The notes beneath the pieces were generated by a model. It saw nothing but the letters and a program-made list of their open reading frames with translations, did not search any database and was not told the origin of the DNA. From Orbicella franksi (lineage: Eukaryota), in the NCBI GenBank assembly GCA_964199315.1, contig OZ116703.1, forward strand, positions 682,001 to 746,000: DNA of 64,000 nucleotides. The letters are read 5' to 3'. Position numbers and translations under genes: made by a program. Of this stretch, positions 25,101 through 37,200 are shown in pieces (position 1 is the stretch's first letter; every line of letters starts with the position of its first letter).

Positions 25101-28100
25101 GTGCAAGTTCCTAACCATACTCAGGCATCAAATCCAGTTCAATTATCGTACAGCCAAACTCCTTCTTTCCAACAGCAGAGTGCTAAGGTGACAGTTTCTC
25201 AACCACTGGGTGTACAATCGCAACAAGGACATACCACTTGGCAGATGTTGGCGCATAAGTTGGCAAATATTTTGCAGACAACAGGTTATAATAACGTTGC
25301 AAGTCCCCATGCTACTACTCTTAACTCTCCTCAAGTCAATATCTGTCAACCAACAGGTGCAGCATTGTATGCGCAAGTACCTCAAAATCAATTGATACCC
25401 GTATCCTCTCTTACAACCACGCAGATGTCCAGCAATCAAGCACTTGTGGGATCTAACCCAGCTGCTTATAGTGGTGTTTACAATACCGCCATTCAACGAA
25501 ATGCAATAAACTACAACACCCTGTCAACACAACAGGCCACTCGACCAGATACGTTGAACCAATCAACAGGGCAGAGGTTAAATTTAAATATGGCTACATT
25601 AAGTCCATTATTTACACAAAATCAATTATTGGCACACAGTAGTGCATCGTTAACACATCAAACCGTCTCTTCTGCTCAGAGTACATCACACAACAGTAGA
25701 CCTGCCCAGTTTGTAGGCGCACTGCAACATTCTACTCGGCAACAAACGACTCCAACTAGTTCATTGCAGATATCTGCAAATGCTAAATCTGGTGTTCGAG
25801 ATGTCATGCTACATCTCGCCGATGGCATGAGACGTCAAATTACCACTACTACGGCAGAATCATTAAGACACCCACAGCAACCATTAGGGGCATCTCTTCC
25901 AAGTAGGATGGTTTATAATCAAGTAACTACCCCACAGCATAAAGAGGGACTGCCTTTACAACATCAAGCATCACCACCTATAGGGTCACAAGTACAGCAA
26001 CACACATTACGAAATTCGCAGCAATCACTAGGAACATTTCCTCAAAGCAGGGTGGACTATAATCAAAGAACTGTCCCTAAGCAAGCAGGGGGACTTCGTA
26101 TTCAACATCAAGTGCCGCAACCTGAGGGGTCACAAGCAATGTCGCACACTCGAACAAGCTCCGCATTATCAAGAAATTTGCAGCAACCATTTGGAACATT
26201 TCCTCAACGTAGAGTGGGCCACAATCAAGTAGCTGCCCCACAGCAAACAGGGGGACTTCGTATACAGCATGAAGTGTCACAGCCTGAATCTTCTCAAGCA
26301 CACCTACATGCCCAACCAGTACAACAGAACAATATGACCAGGATGACTGGACAACAGTCTGATCAGACCCCATCATCCTCCCGAACATCAAGCACTGATA
26401 ATCACCTCGCAGATAGACTGCTTGAAGACGCGCTAGAGCGAAGAGCTGAAGCTCACGTTGAAGCTCTAGTTCGGTACAATGAAGTTCAACTTGTTAACAA
26501 CGAGCTACAAAAGAGCTTAAGTGAGGGCACTTATAAGCAGAAGCAAACTACCACGACACAAGAACCTCGATATTTGGATCATCAATTGAGCAAGTTGTCG
26601 ACGAGTAGGAATACGCCGCTTTCAAATAAACAACCTCCAGATGCGGACCGTAGCACAAATTCCTTGTCTTCTGTATCGGAACAGAGCCCATTGTACTGCC
26701 ATACATCTGCAAACCAATTGCCCAGCCAAGTGAGTCCCAGTCAAAACCTCAGTAACAGTACACAGAAACGCTTAGTTCGTTTCAGTCAAGAAGGAGACTC
26801 AAATATACCAGTTGGTGCATCTCCAGGAAATGCAGGTGGGTCCAGCCATTCGGGAAGTTCAGTCGTAAGGCAAACAGACGGCAAAGATCAAAAAAGCCCA
26901 AGGCAAGATACCTTGTGTCATCTCTCTATTGATAACGATCCTTACAAGGTGCCACCCAAAACCCCGAGTGGTGCATTAGAGGATGTAGTTAAGAAGTTAT
27001 TAACCTTACAGAATGAAATCGCTAGAACTGAAAATGTTTCTGGTACTGGGCGTGTATCATCAAACTCCCTTGCTGAATCAACGGATGGTACTTGTAAGGC
27101 AGATAACACTACCGAATCACAAGAGTCAAAGCAAATGTTAGGAATGAGTGAAAGCACTGCCTCGTCTGAGAGAGATTCAAACAAGGAATCTTTCCAGCGT
27201 TACTCCAGGAATCCTGAACATAATTCTGCAGAAACAGTATCATTAAATCAGGGAGCAGATACCCAAGGGCTTGTGAAGGACCAACACAACAACAACTGTT
27301 GTTCATCTCGTAATCAGGACAAAGCCAGTGAAGACACTTCAGTTTCTCCTTCAAGTCACAATGTATTAGATACTGACTTTGACAAGATGCAAACAGAAAA
27401 TGAACCACCCTCGTCTGTACGTAATGTACGTAATGGAAATGGCAATGCAGCTGAAAAAGAAACTGAATATTTTCCGGCCACTGAGGAAGAAGAGCAAGGC
27501 AATGATGATGGTGATGGACAGGACAACAGTGTCGGAGATAGGCAAGATTGCTCTTCACCTTGTCTATCAGGTCTCGCTAAAGGAACTGAAAATAAAGACC
27601 CACAAGATTCAGATGATGCTGAAAATGATGACAGTTCCCAAGACATTTATGCAGCTATGATGTCTCCTATTATACCACGAATGGCTGCAGCAAGACGTGT
27701 TCGCTCACGCTCAGATGTACACACTACAGAGGATACTTGTGATGTGAACACAAACACCTCAAGCATTGATTCTCCAATAAAGAATGTGAACAGTGAAGAC
27801 CAGAATATGGAGTGTGATCCTGAACCTAACCAGACCTCAGATGACAGAGAACAGGGTTTTAAGGATAGCCAGCTGGAAGGTATTAGAACGTGTGCCACAG
27901 TGCACAGTGCTGATGTTCATTGCAATCAACAGGAACATAGAAGTGACAATGAAAGCAAAAGTGAACAAGAGAATGCAGTCAATGACCAAGAACATGTTCC
28001 ATTATCATCTGATGTTACCATGGAGGAAATACAACTGGAGGAAGATACACAAGTTTCTTCAACTGGCGGCATTGTCACAGATCTCAGTGATACCCAGCAG

Positions 28101-28892
28101 GCTACATGTAACACCAAAATTCAGGAAATGCCCGAAACAAATCTCCCAGAAGATCAACTGTCAACAGAATTAAGTGAAGGACAGAGAGATTTACCGGCGT
28201 CTGTGCCTGTCCTAAATGCTAATGTGAAGTTAGAAGCAAGTGATGGCCCATGCATGGGTGGAGTAGCTCAAGCGATTAATAAAGTAGGCCAAGATGAACA
28301 ATATCAGAAGTGTCAGGTTAATCCTAAAGCGATTCCTAAACAAAATTTTGTGTACCTTAACAGCACTTTCCAGGAAACGCCTATCGTAAGAGACTTTGAA
28401 GAGATCAAAAAAGCGTCATTTACATTACCGTCGTCCAGTTCTTTGTTCAAGGAAAATGTTGATGAGAAGGGCGTTTGTCGAGTCTCAGTTGATTCCAAGA
28501 CGAAAGTAGAATTTAACAATAAGAATACTGCAATAAACAACGAACCTTCCCCACCCTTAAATACATCTCCTTTGCCGGTACCTCGTCTTGCTCTACGTAT
28601 CATGAACGGAAATACTGTGATTATGTGGGACCTGCCTCCTGACAACAAAATTACCGACATTAGCCTCTTTGAGGTATACGTGTTTTTGAAAAACAAGGAT
28701 GAACGTTTACGGCAGAACCATACTGGCCGGTGGATTAAACTCGGTGAAATGAAAGCTATGCCTCTTCCTATGGCATGTACGTTACGCCACGTAATACAGA
28801 AGAATGTTTTGTACTCCTTTACTGTGCGAGCAGTAGGCAGCAATGGATTGGCTGGACCATGTAGTAAACCATGCTCTTTGAGCTCTATATAA
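19166..28892 (+). CDS. ATF7IP/MCAF-like protein, divergent paralog (~1760 aa): coiled-coil exon + long disordered region + C-terminal ATF7IP-type fibronectin-III domain
   Basis: Exons 19166-19206, 20658-20695, 22624-23576, 23707-23862, 24593-24640 and 24846-28892 have GT-AG boundaries and matching phases (MERDLSLTGSTKRKLNFDESSYGDGKGKRPRLQV...). Coiled coil: EEKRARTELEELVSHLEERNKELLLECVKLRDLV. The C-terminal WIKLGEMKAMPLPMACTL...YSFTVRAVGSNGLAGPCS carries the ATF7IP/Windei FN3 signature (ALPLPMACTL). The large terminal exon is certain; the small 5' exons are inferred. Confidence 0.8.
19447..19743 (-). mobile_element. Near full-length tRNA-derived SINE
   Basis: The reverse complement begins ggcatggtggcctcatggttagtgtgc...gggttcgagctc (A/B-box-like), continues ctctcacagtgcctctctctacccaggtgtataaatgggtacc and ends gcagactttaacttt. 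Further copies at 1687, 30632 and 45584. Confidence 0.85.
20941..21113 (-). mobile_element. Second tRNA-derived SINE family copy
   Basis: The reverse complement starts aggaggcagtgtggccgaatggttagggtgccagacttgaaacctggaggtcgcgtgttcaagtcc (tRNA-like A and B boxes), followed by an unrelated non-tRNA body. Confidence 0.8.
22781..22960 (+). repeat. ~90-bp in-frame tandem duplication in the ATF7IP-like exon
   Basis: Two copies of caagtgcatcaacaa...agagacaaca...gtgaaagagccagtaacgacagt(a/g)gaagagagtc, both encoding ...VVKEPVTTVEES. Confidence 0.9.
25863..26312 (+). repeat. Three ~50-aa Gln-rich internal repeats in the ATF7IP-like protein
   Basis: LRHPQQPLGASLPSRMVYNQ..GLPLQHQ / LRNSQQSLGTFPQSRVDYNQ..GLRIQHQ / SRNLQQPFGTFPQRRVGHNQ..GLRIQHE. 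Confidence 0.85.
28581..28889 (+). other. ATF7IP-type FN3 domain (divergent copy)
   Basis: PRLALRIMNGNTVIMWDL...WIKLGEMKAMPLPMACTL...YSFTVRAV..G.AGP.S.PC. Confidence 0.85.
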
Positions 28893-29833
28893 CATTGGTG
28901 GGTTCTTCAAAATAATTCTAATCATTTTTTTTTTAGCATCTGTTGCGTGTTGCACTATTATATTTGTTTCTAATTCAGTATTAAAGGAGCTGCGTCACGG
29001 TTTGTGCATCTTGAAAAGTTCAGACTAAATTTTTCAAGTTTGTCGTTTGTAAAACGCGTTAATGTACTGCATGCTTAATCAACCTTGTTCCTTTATGGTT
29101 GATGACTACCTCTTTAGTACCTCTCTATCTTAGTAAACTACTATTTTCAGGTTTGTACGTGGTCAAACTAACTCAAAATGTCGTGACTGAGCTCCGTTAA
29201 ATAGTTTACTAGATTCTTGATGGAATGAGTGCCCCTATTGTAAAGAATCTCTCCCAGAGAAACAATGTGAACAGTGTACGAAATATTTAATCAACTCTGG
29301 GTGTTTCGAGCTTTATGCAACAACCAAGAACGTATTTGAGTAGGATAATGTTTCTTTAAATTCTCTTCATAGATTATCTGGCTTTCATTATAGACTATCC
29401 AACCATTCGTTAGGACACTTCCATAATACGGGCACCTCTCTGCTATCTCTATACATCCCAATTATGTAATCTCTATGGCAAAGCACGTCCATGTTACTGA
29501 TACTCAACTCTACCCTTTGGTGCCCATATGAGAGAGGTTGAACTGTTCTTGGATTTTCCCATGAGCTGAGTTAATTATTTAATTCGATTATAAATTAATG
29601 ATTTAGCCAAGTATATAGGCAGGGATTTGCGCTTCTGCTAAAACAAACTTCAATCAATTTTCGAAACTTTTTTCATGCAAGAAAAATAGGTATTAATTGT
29701 TTGTTTTAGTTACGTTACATTAATGTTTCAAATTGACTTTCCTACCTTGTTGGAAATATTTTTCTTTATTTTTACAAAGTTTTTATGAGATTATTATATC
29801 GATTATTTCATACGAGTCTTGAAACATCTTATA

Positions 29834-30256
29834 TCATTGCTTTGTTACAATAAATGTAAATTTTGATGGTATTATTGTCGTTTTTCTCCTCTTCCTTCTT
29901 CGTGGTCTTCTTTTCGTGCCCATCTTTGTTGTTGTTGACGCCGGCATTGTTGTTGCCTTCGTCTTTTTCTCTATTGTTTTTTCCTCGTCTCTTTTGTCTT
30001 TACGTCTCACTTTCCTTCCCCTCCTTATGGTGTTCGGTGGCGGGATTGTCATGGCCCTTTTCTTATATGCCTTCTTAATTCGTCTTTGTCTTATCGTCTT
30101 CCTCCTCGCTTCATTTTCTGTTTTCTTTGCTTTCCTTACTCTATTTTTTCCCTTATGCACCTACGTTCTCCGTTTCTTTATCTCTTTATCTCTCCATCTC
30201 CTCCTCCTCGTCCTCTGTTTTCTAATCATCACCCGCCTGTGGCTTTGGTTCCACAT
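29834..30256 (-). pseudogene. Lys/Arg-rich (protamine/SNBP-like composition) reading frame with one internal TAG
   Basis: From ATG 30256: MWNQSHRRVMIRKQRTRRRRWRDKEIKKRRT*VHKGKNRVRKAKK...KRRPRRRKRRKTTIIPSKFTFIVTKQ*. The assignment rests on composition only; no family was recognised. Confidence 0.35.
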
Positions 30257-30370
30257 CCTCTTATATGTTTTCCTTCTTTATTCCTTATCCTCCACCTCAT
30301 CTTTTTCCCAATTTGTTTTGGAGACACAGGGACAGATAGTGGGGTTAGGAGGGAGTCTAAAAAGCGAAAG

Positions 30371-30387
30371 CACTTCCGACGGAAGTG
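30371..30387. promoter_or_regulatory. Perfect inverted pair of ETS-like core sites
   Basis: CACTTCCG-A-CGGAAGTG; each arm matches the CGGAAGT ETS core. Confidence 0.4.
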
Positions 30388-30631
30388 TTTGGTATTTGTT
30401 ACCATATGCTTAACGTATGTTTTTTTTTTTAACTGAGACTAGGCAGACGTCCGTTATCTTAGCCCAAATCAGGGTCGTCGTGTTATCGTTCCGACCAAAA
30501 CTACTAATAACAAAACAATACTTACACAATGGAGAAAATTGCTTTTGGAGGGATAACCACCAGTGCGGTAGCACTCCTATAGTGCACATATTCGCTTGAA
30601 AGATTAACCCAAGGTATGAATGGTCCCTTCA

Positions 30632-30825
30632 GAGACGTGTTATAGTACGCTGGACTTCAGAACGAGCGGTTTAAACGTGAGCCCTTAACGGGGTCACTAC
30701 ATTGCATTCCTGAGCAAGACGCAGTCCTACAGTGCTTCTCCACTCAGGTGAACAAACGGGTTCAAGAAAATTTAACGCTGGGTTTAGACCTGCAATGGAC
30801 TAGCATTTCAGCAAAGAGGGATAAC
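30632..30825 (+). mobile_element. Highly degenerate SINE copy
   Basis: Residual similarity to the 19447-19743 family (cattgcattcctgagcaagac..acagtgcttctccactcaggtg..ctgcaatggactagcat). Confidence 0.6.
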
Positions 30826-31280
30826 CTTGGGCAGTATGAACACCCACTAACTTAGTAAAGAAACTGGTCACAGTTTTTAAGTAACGTTTTCTTTTCAATA
30901 CAATTTCAACAAAAATTATTTTTCTATTATTTTATGCTCTGAGGCAGTTCATATTAATACAACACTCACATATGAGCTGCTGAAACTTTTTCTAGTATTC
31001 TGTAAAAGATAAGACATTTTTCACTGACGCGATGATCAAGGACAACAGTCTCCAATCCCAGCTGAACGAACTAAAATTGAAAAGAGCTGCATTTGAAAAT
31101 GTTCTGTCAATAATCTTTGGGAATGACTTGAATCATCATGCTATGTTACTCCAATCCTTTAAGGACCAGGTGAACTCCGCGACCTCAAATGCTTAAGGGT
31201 ATGTCCACTGGGATACCCTATTTTAAAATCATACAGGTCAATGTGCCAATACTATTGTGGTCGGTCATTGTTCATTTTAC

Positions 31281-34200
31281 TCAGTGTTTGTGGTGGTGTT
31301 TCTTGATTTCCTTCCTCTTGCTAAGTTTACTCAGTAACTTGTGTACTTTTCCCATCTTTGTGCGTTTCTGTGCCCCTCCTGGCATTCCTCCACCGATGGC
31401 TCCTTGAAGAGCATTTTGCATAGGACCACCCATGGGGCTTCCCATCTGGCCTCCTATTTCCTGAGCTCCGCCAAACATGGCTGCACCACCAGCATTCTCC
31501 ATTCCTCCCATGTTAGGCATCCCTAAGGAAAGATTGGGATTGCACATGAAACGTTGAGATCTTACTTGGTGGACTGGACCTTTAAACACGCTTGGCTCTT
31601 AATTAAAGCTAGCTCTTCAGTAAGTTGAGCTATCGGCATTTTGGCTGCATGATAGTAGTCAGATAATCTCTGGTTCAACTGTCAAAGTTCCAAATTGCGC
31701 TATTACCCGCTATTTCCACGACAGTGTTTCCAGATACATTCCCACATGTTATTTCTCTCATGTTTGTTGTAGAAATCATAAGCAAATAAATTTAGAAGAC
31801 TATTACCAGATGGAACCCAGCTGCTGCAACTTGCAGCTGAGTTTTCATCAACTATAATTCTACTAAAGTCGAAAGGGCGCTAATGAAATCGTCAGTAGTC
31901 AAATAGATGAAATTGCACGGCATGGTAAGTCGTAAACGGCACATTTCCAAATTTCGGAATGCAAAGTACAATTTATTGGTTGTTGTAACGGTTGGTTTAG
32001 ACTTTTTAGATGCAGAGCGTTAGGAGTAACGTTGGATTGTAGGCTTGAGCTTAGTTTTAGTAAGGGTATTCTCCGCTGTTGCAGTCTGCAAATGTTAAAG
32101 GCTGGTCCCTTCTCAACCATCTCGCAACGGAGTAAGTCTACCTCTATGTCAAGACACGTGTTTATGGTCTTACCTCCTTCCATGTTCATTCCAGCGATTC
32201 CACCGCCCATGCCTCCAAGACCTCCCATTCCGCCCATGCCACCCATTCCTCCCATCGAGGTCATGCCTCCCATGCCACCCATTCCTCCCATACCGCCCAT
32301 TCCGGCCATGCTTGGCATTGCGTGCATGCCACCTCCCATGCCTAAAAGAAAGGATATTATTGAGAACCATGTATCAGAAATAGGAAAAAAGCCGCTGCTT
32401 CGAGATCTATACAAAACAATGAGACTGATGCAATGGCACGTATCCGTTTTCTACACCTTGCAACACTTACGTTTTAGAACAATCACATTCCAGCAATTGT
32501 TATTTCCCTCACACTTCTCGCTCTCTGTGAGTTCAGAAACCACAATTCGTGACACTTTTCGTTTGATTTTGGCGGCAGTTGAGAATGGTTATCAACAAGG
32601 ACGACTTACCAGTTAGCTGTTTCTCGTCCCATCCCGACTAAGAATCGAGTAAAACATACCTCCTTCTCCTCCTTCGATAAACTGCTTAGACATCAGTCCA
32701 CCTTCCGATGGGCCTCCAGCTCCTCCCATGGGCATCGGCATTGGTCCTCCCTCCATGCCTTGCATTGAAGCCGCTGGTCCAGCCATACCTCCACCTGGCA
32801 TTTGCATGGGCCCACCCATTAGTGATGGCATACCTTCCATGGTGGCTCCACCACCCTCACCAATCGAGGTGGCTCCTGCACCAAAGCCCATGCTGAGGTC
32901 ACCTGTTCCACCCATGCCGCCTCCCATACCGTTCATTCCTGATGCAAATTGGAATCAATATTGAAGAATATTGCCCTAATGTGTTAAGATAAGTGAGATA
33001 CTTGTGGCAGAAAGTGTCTTGGAGTATTGCCTGAGCTAATCATTGAGTCCACTCTAACTTCTCAGTGCGGAAAACAAAAACCTTCCTCCGACAGAATCCC
33101 CGCATCTCTTAACACTACCTTCGACCGCTTTCCTCAGAGAGTGTGGCCAAAAGAGGCCTGATTTATAACTAGAGGAGTCATGTAAAATAAATCTAGTTCG
33201 AGTGGGTTGTAGCATTGCATTGTACTCCTCTGAGTAACTGGCTTCTCAAACAACGCTTTCTTTTTCATGACAAGAAAGATACGTGGTATAAAGTGGGAAG
33301 TCGATTCATTGTGTGAGATTCAAGTTACCTATTTACTGATTTTGATGTGAACGAGACTTGCTGCGATCGTGTAATGTTGAAACGAGAAAAGCAGAACTTT
33401 AGCTCTTTGTGGCAATTATGTGACATGCGTGACAATTTGCTGAGCTAGTTCAATCGCTATTTATTAATAGGACGACGACACGGGATGGAGACGAATTCCC
33501 CATTCATTTTTTCTCACCTCCTCCCAAGCTTCCTCCAGCATCCATCAGTCCTGGAACTAAGAAGGAAACAGAACTATGATAAGAAAACATGTCCGCCTCG
33601 TGCGTACCTGTTTTTTAGGCTAGAAACCGGTGACTCTTAAAACTAAAGGCTAAGAAGTATCATGACGTATTCCTATTTATCTTAGACTATTAGTTCAAGT
33701 TAACGATAGAAATTTCCAATATCTGCTGTTTCTATAACCCTGTCAGCTATGTTTGTAAGAACAATCAACTATTCATAATAAAAAGATAATCATTGAAAAC
33801 GTCTTCTCGATTGTAAACTACACGGTAAGAGGAGTTGTTAGAAAACGTTAATGGCGAGCGAATAAAAGGGACTGCTCTATGGGAAATCTGCATTGGAAGT
33901 ACCATGATTTACAACCAATCAGCATAAGTTACACAAGAAAATTCTATACCTTTGAAACGTACTATCTTCTCCTGTTGTTGACAAATATAATTTAACCCTA
34001 TCAGTTTTCATAAACCCAGTATTTACTACAATGACGGACGTTGAAAACCTCTGAGGATATATCGTTTGCAATTCATTGTAAAGGGCCCGGTGCACCCGAT
34101 GCGATATCAAGTAAGACTTGGGTTTAATGAGGAAAATTATCTTAAAATAAAACTGACCTCTGGAATGTTGCAGTACTGCAACTGTATTCAGGCATGCATA

Positions 34201-37200
34201 AAGCAAATTTAATTTTTAACCTTGTTGGAAATCGTCAGATTTTTTGCTTGAGTTCTCTGTGCTTGACATACCTCGTATGATATTTCCATGGCGGTGGTGC
34301 CCTGTTTATATTGGTCAACCACAAGAAAAGAACGAGCTATTACTCAGGTGAAAGAGAGAAGACTACGATGACTGTTCAACAGGAATTGACAAGCACTAAT
34401 CATCACAAAAACGATGAAACTGTCAGTTTTGAATTGATGAAAGATGGGATGTATGGACGTTTAGTGTGAACTGTGCTGCTTTATGAACATAATGTCTTGT
34501 AATCAATATTTCCCAAAGCTCACTTTAAATGAAGGATTCAAAGTTGCCAAAGGACGACAGAATTAAGGAAACTGTGTCGTTTTTGTGATGACCCAACGCT
34601 ACTCAATACCTGGTATTTTTCAATGCATGGACACAAAACTCATGCACATGCACGAAAAGTACAGTTATGTTCATCCCAAGAAACTTGAAGTGGCTCCTCG
34701 ACACTTACAATGTCTTCCTTTGTTTAGGTAGCATCCAGTTTTTATTATTTCACAAGGTGGTGTTTTCTAACTGTCACGATTCCAAAGTTGCAATTGAAAC
34801 TTCAAGTTTACTCGGAATGAACAAATGGCGAGAAGACGCTTTCTTCCACTGAAAGTTGTGTAAGTTCTTAACTTACGAGAGGACTTACCTCCCTGTTTTT
34901 TGCTTTCTTTGTGTGTTACATGTTCCTTTTCTTCGTGGAAAAACAAGTAATGAGAAACAAAACAGAGATGAATGAACTTTCCTCTACGAATATTGTCTGG
35001 CCATGCAACGAAACCGCACCGTGAAAAGAGTTACCTCACGAAAAGTTTACATGCATTTTACAATATAAATCCAGTTAGCTGCGCTCACTTTCAAAGAGTT
35101 TAAATTGTTAACGTGTGAGATAGAGGACCACATAAAACATACCAAGAGGAAATAAACTGGACGGGGGTCAATTAATTGAGAATGCAAGTTTTTACGTGCA
35201 GTAGCAGATTTGTTCGAAAATCACTTTGTTAAAAGCTTAATTTTGTAATGTTAGAAATTTACTACCCTGATTATGAAGCAAATATGAAATTAAATTATTG
35301 TATCAGATTGTCTAATTGGGTTCTGAAAAAGAGTTTAGTTTGAGTTTCAATTGTCAGGTAAAATAATCCTTGAGCTATGGAGCTTTCTTGTCGCGCAAGA
35401 CCTAAAATGTTTTCAACTCTATTTCACAGTTCTTCAATATGAATGTTTTGAAACTAAACTAACTAAATATTACTTACTTGAATGTTTCCTGGCAAAACCT
35501 GTACGAAGAAAGCAAGACAGCATGAGATGTTGCACTAAGCAATGTTTGGTGCATCGTACGTCACAATTTCAATTGGTCACAAGGTGCTCAATCATCATGT
35601 TTGAACGAGATATCGCCTGGTCTAACATGCCTTGCAACATTGTCGTTGCAGCAAACATTGTGCGAGTTACATTCCAATTCTATTCAACACGTCATACTCT
35701 GCTCTAGAAGGAGTTTAACTGAAGCAGAGACGTCGACAAATGACGCGTTTTGTAAATTGATAGTTGAGAATTAAACGGGCTGAATTTCTATAAGATTTCG
35801 AAATCGACGAAATTAAGTATTATAACTAATATTCCAGCATCGTCACCCAGACACTCTGTCAAGGTCTACATCGATTATTCAATCACTAAGCCGTCCTTGC
35901 AAATCATCCGAAGCTACACTGACAAAATTCCTATGACCTTTTTTTTAAGGGGGAGAACGACATAGTCTTACTTAAACTTTCCTCGACTTGAAAAGGCCTT
36001 TGAAGTAATAAACTATGACCTTTTACCTAAAAGATTAGTAAACTATACAATGAGTGGCTCAGAAGTGAGATGGTAAAACTGGTATCTTTTCAAGAAAATA
36101 ATATAGATTGTTTAAACGTCTATAGTGCTCTTCCAGCAATTAACTTACAACAAAAACACCTGATGGGCTCATCCTGGGACTTCTATTTGCTACTATGTAT
36201 TAACAACTTTAAATATATGTCACGTGACATATTTACTCTGATGACACAACTCTATCACTATATTCAACTGGGAAACCATTAAGGTTAAATTTGTAAGGTA
36301 AGGTGAAAGGTTAAATTTGTAACAGCAACCTGTTTAGTTTAACAATTTCATGATTGCCAACCCAAATAACAACAAACAAATTTGAAGTTAAATCTTACAT
36401 TAAGAAATATAAAATGATTCGTGTATAGAGAGGTGTTGTACGGATTTGAATGTAGACACCTTAAAGGTCTAGTAACATGATAATAACCCGTCCTTTGAAT
36501 TCAGCACTGTCCCAGTACAAGTGCAGATCCTTAATCTATGAACAGGACGTTATGTAACTACATGGACGCCGACCGAAAGGAGAAGCGTCATGAGAATCAT
36601 AGAAAGTCAGCTTGAACTTTAGTTATCAAGCCCAACAGAGGAAGTAGCCAGGGACCACTGTGTAAAAAGCTCAGTTCCACACAAAGTTCCTTAGTTGTTT
36701 TCACATACCAGCCATTAATTTACATCATATGACACTTCCCCTTTAACGACACGTATCAAGAGAGCATGAGACTCCTCTCTTGCATGTAGTTACCTTTCAT
36801 CAAATTATTTCTCTTTCTGACCGGGGCTTTGGGAGGTTCCGGGGGCTTAGGAGGCTTGGGAGCCTTAGGAACATCATATTGGTCCTGAACCGTGGGGACA
36901 TCCGGTAAATCACTAGCACTAGGCATGCGTGGCATCTCATGCGGGAATACCAAAAGATACGGTACAGTGCGATAAATAAAACCATCTGACCCTAACACGA
37001 ATGGGAACTCCGGCGTTTTAGGCGTTAATGGCGTTAATGGCGTCTCGGGTGTCCTTGGAGTCTTCGGCGTCCGGGGGGATACCGGGGTACTTGGCGTTTC
37101 CGGTGTAAGAGGAGTCACGGGACTCTCCGGCGTCACTGGGGTCTCCGGTGTTTCCTTGGTGACTGGGGTCTCCGGCGTCTCTGGTGTAACGGGTGATACT

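Noticed and set aside
25143-28843. Multiple minus-strand and off-frame ORFs over the large ATF7IP-like exon (also 22670-23556 and 42265-43299 for the other large exons)
   Set aside because: Shadow ORFs of long low-complexity coding exons.
29916-30413. 165-aa very hydrophobic plus-strand ORF resembling a multi-pass membrane protein
   Set aside because: It is the codon-for-codon antisense of a K/R-rich purine tract, has no ATG near its start, and F/L/V richness follows automatically from TC-rich DNA.
32032-32964. Plus-strand Pro/Met-rich ORFs (PPMPPIPP...)
   Set aside because: These are antisense shadows of the GGM-coding exons; the splice signals and phases support the minus strand.
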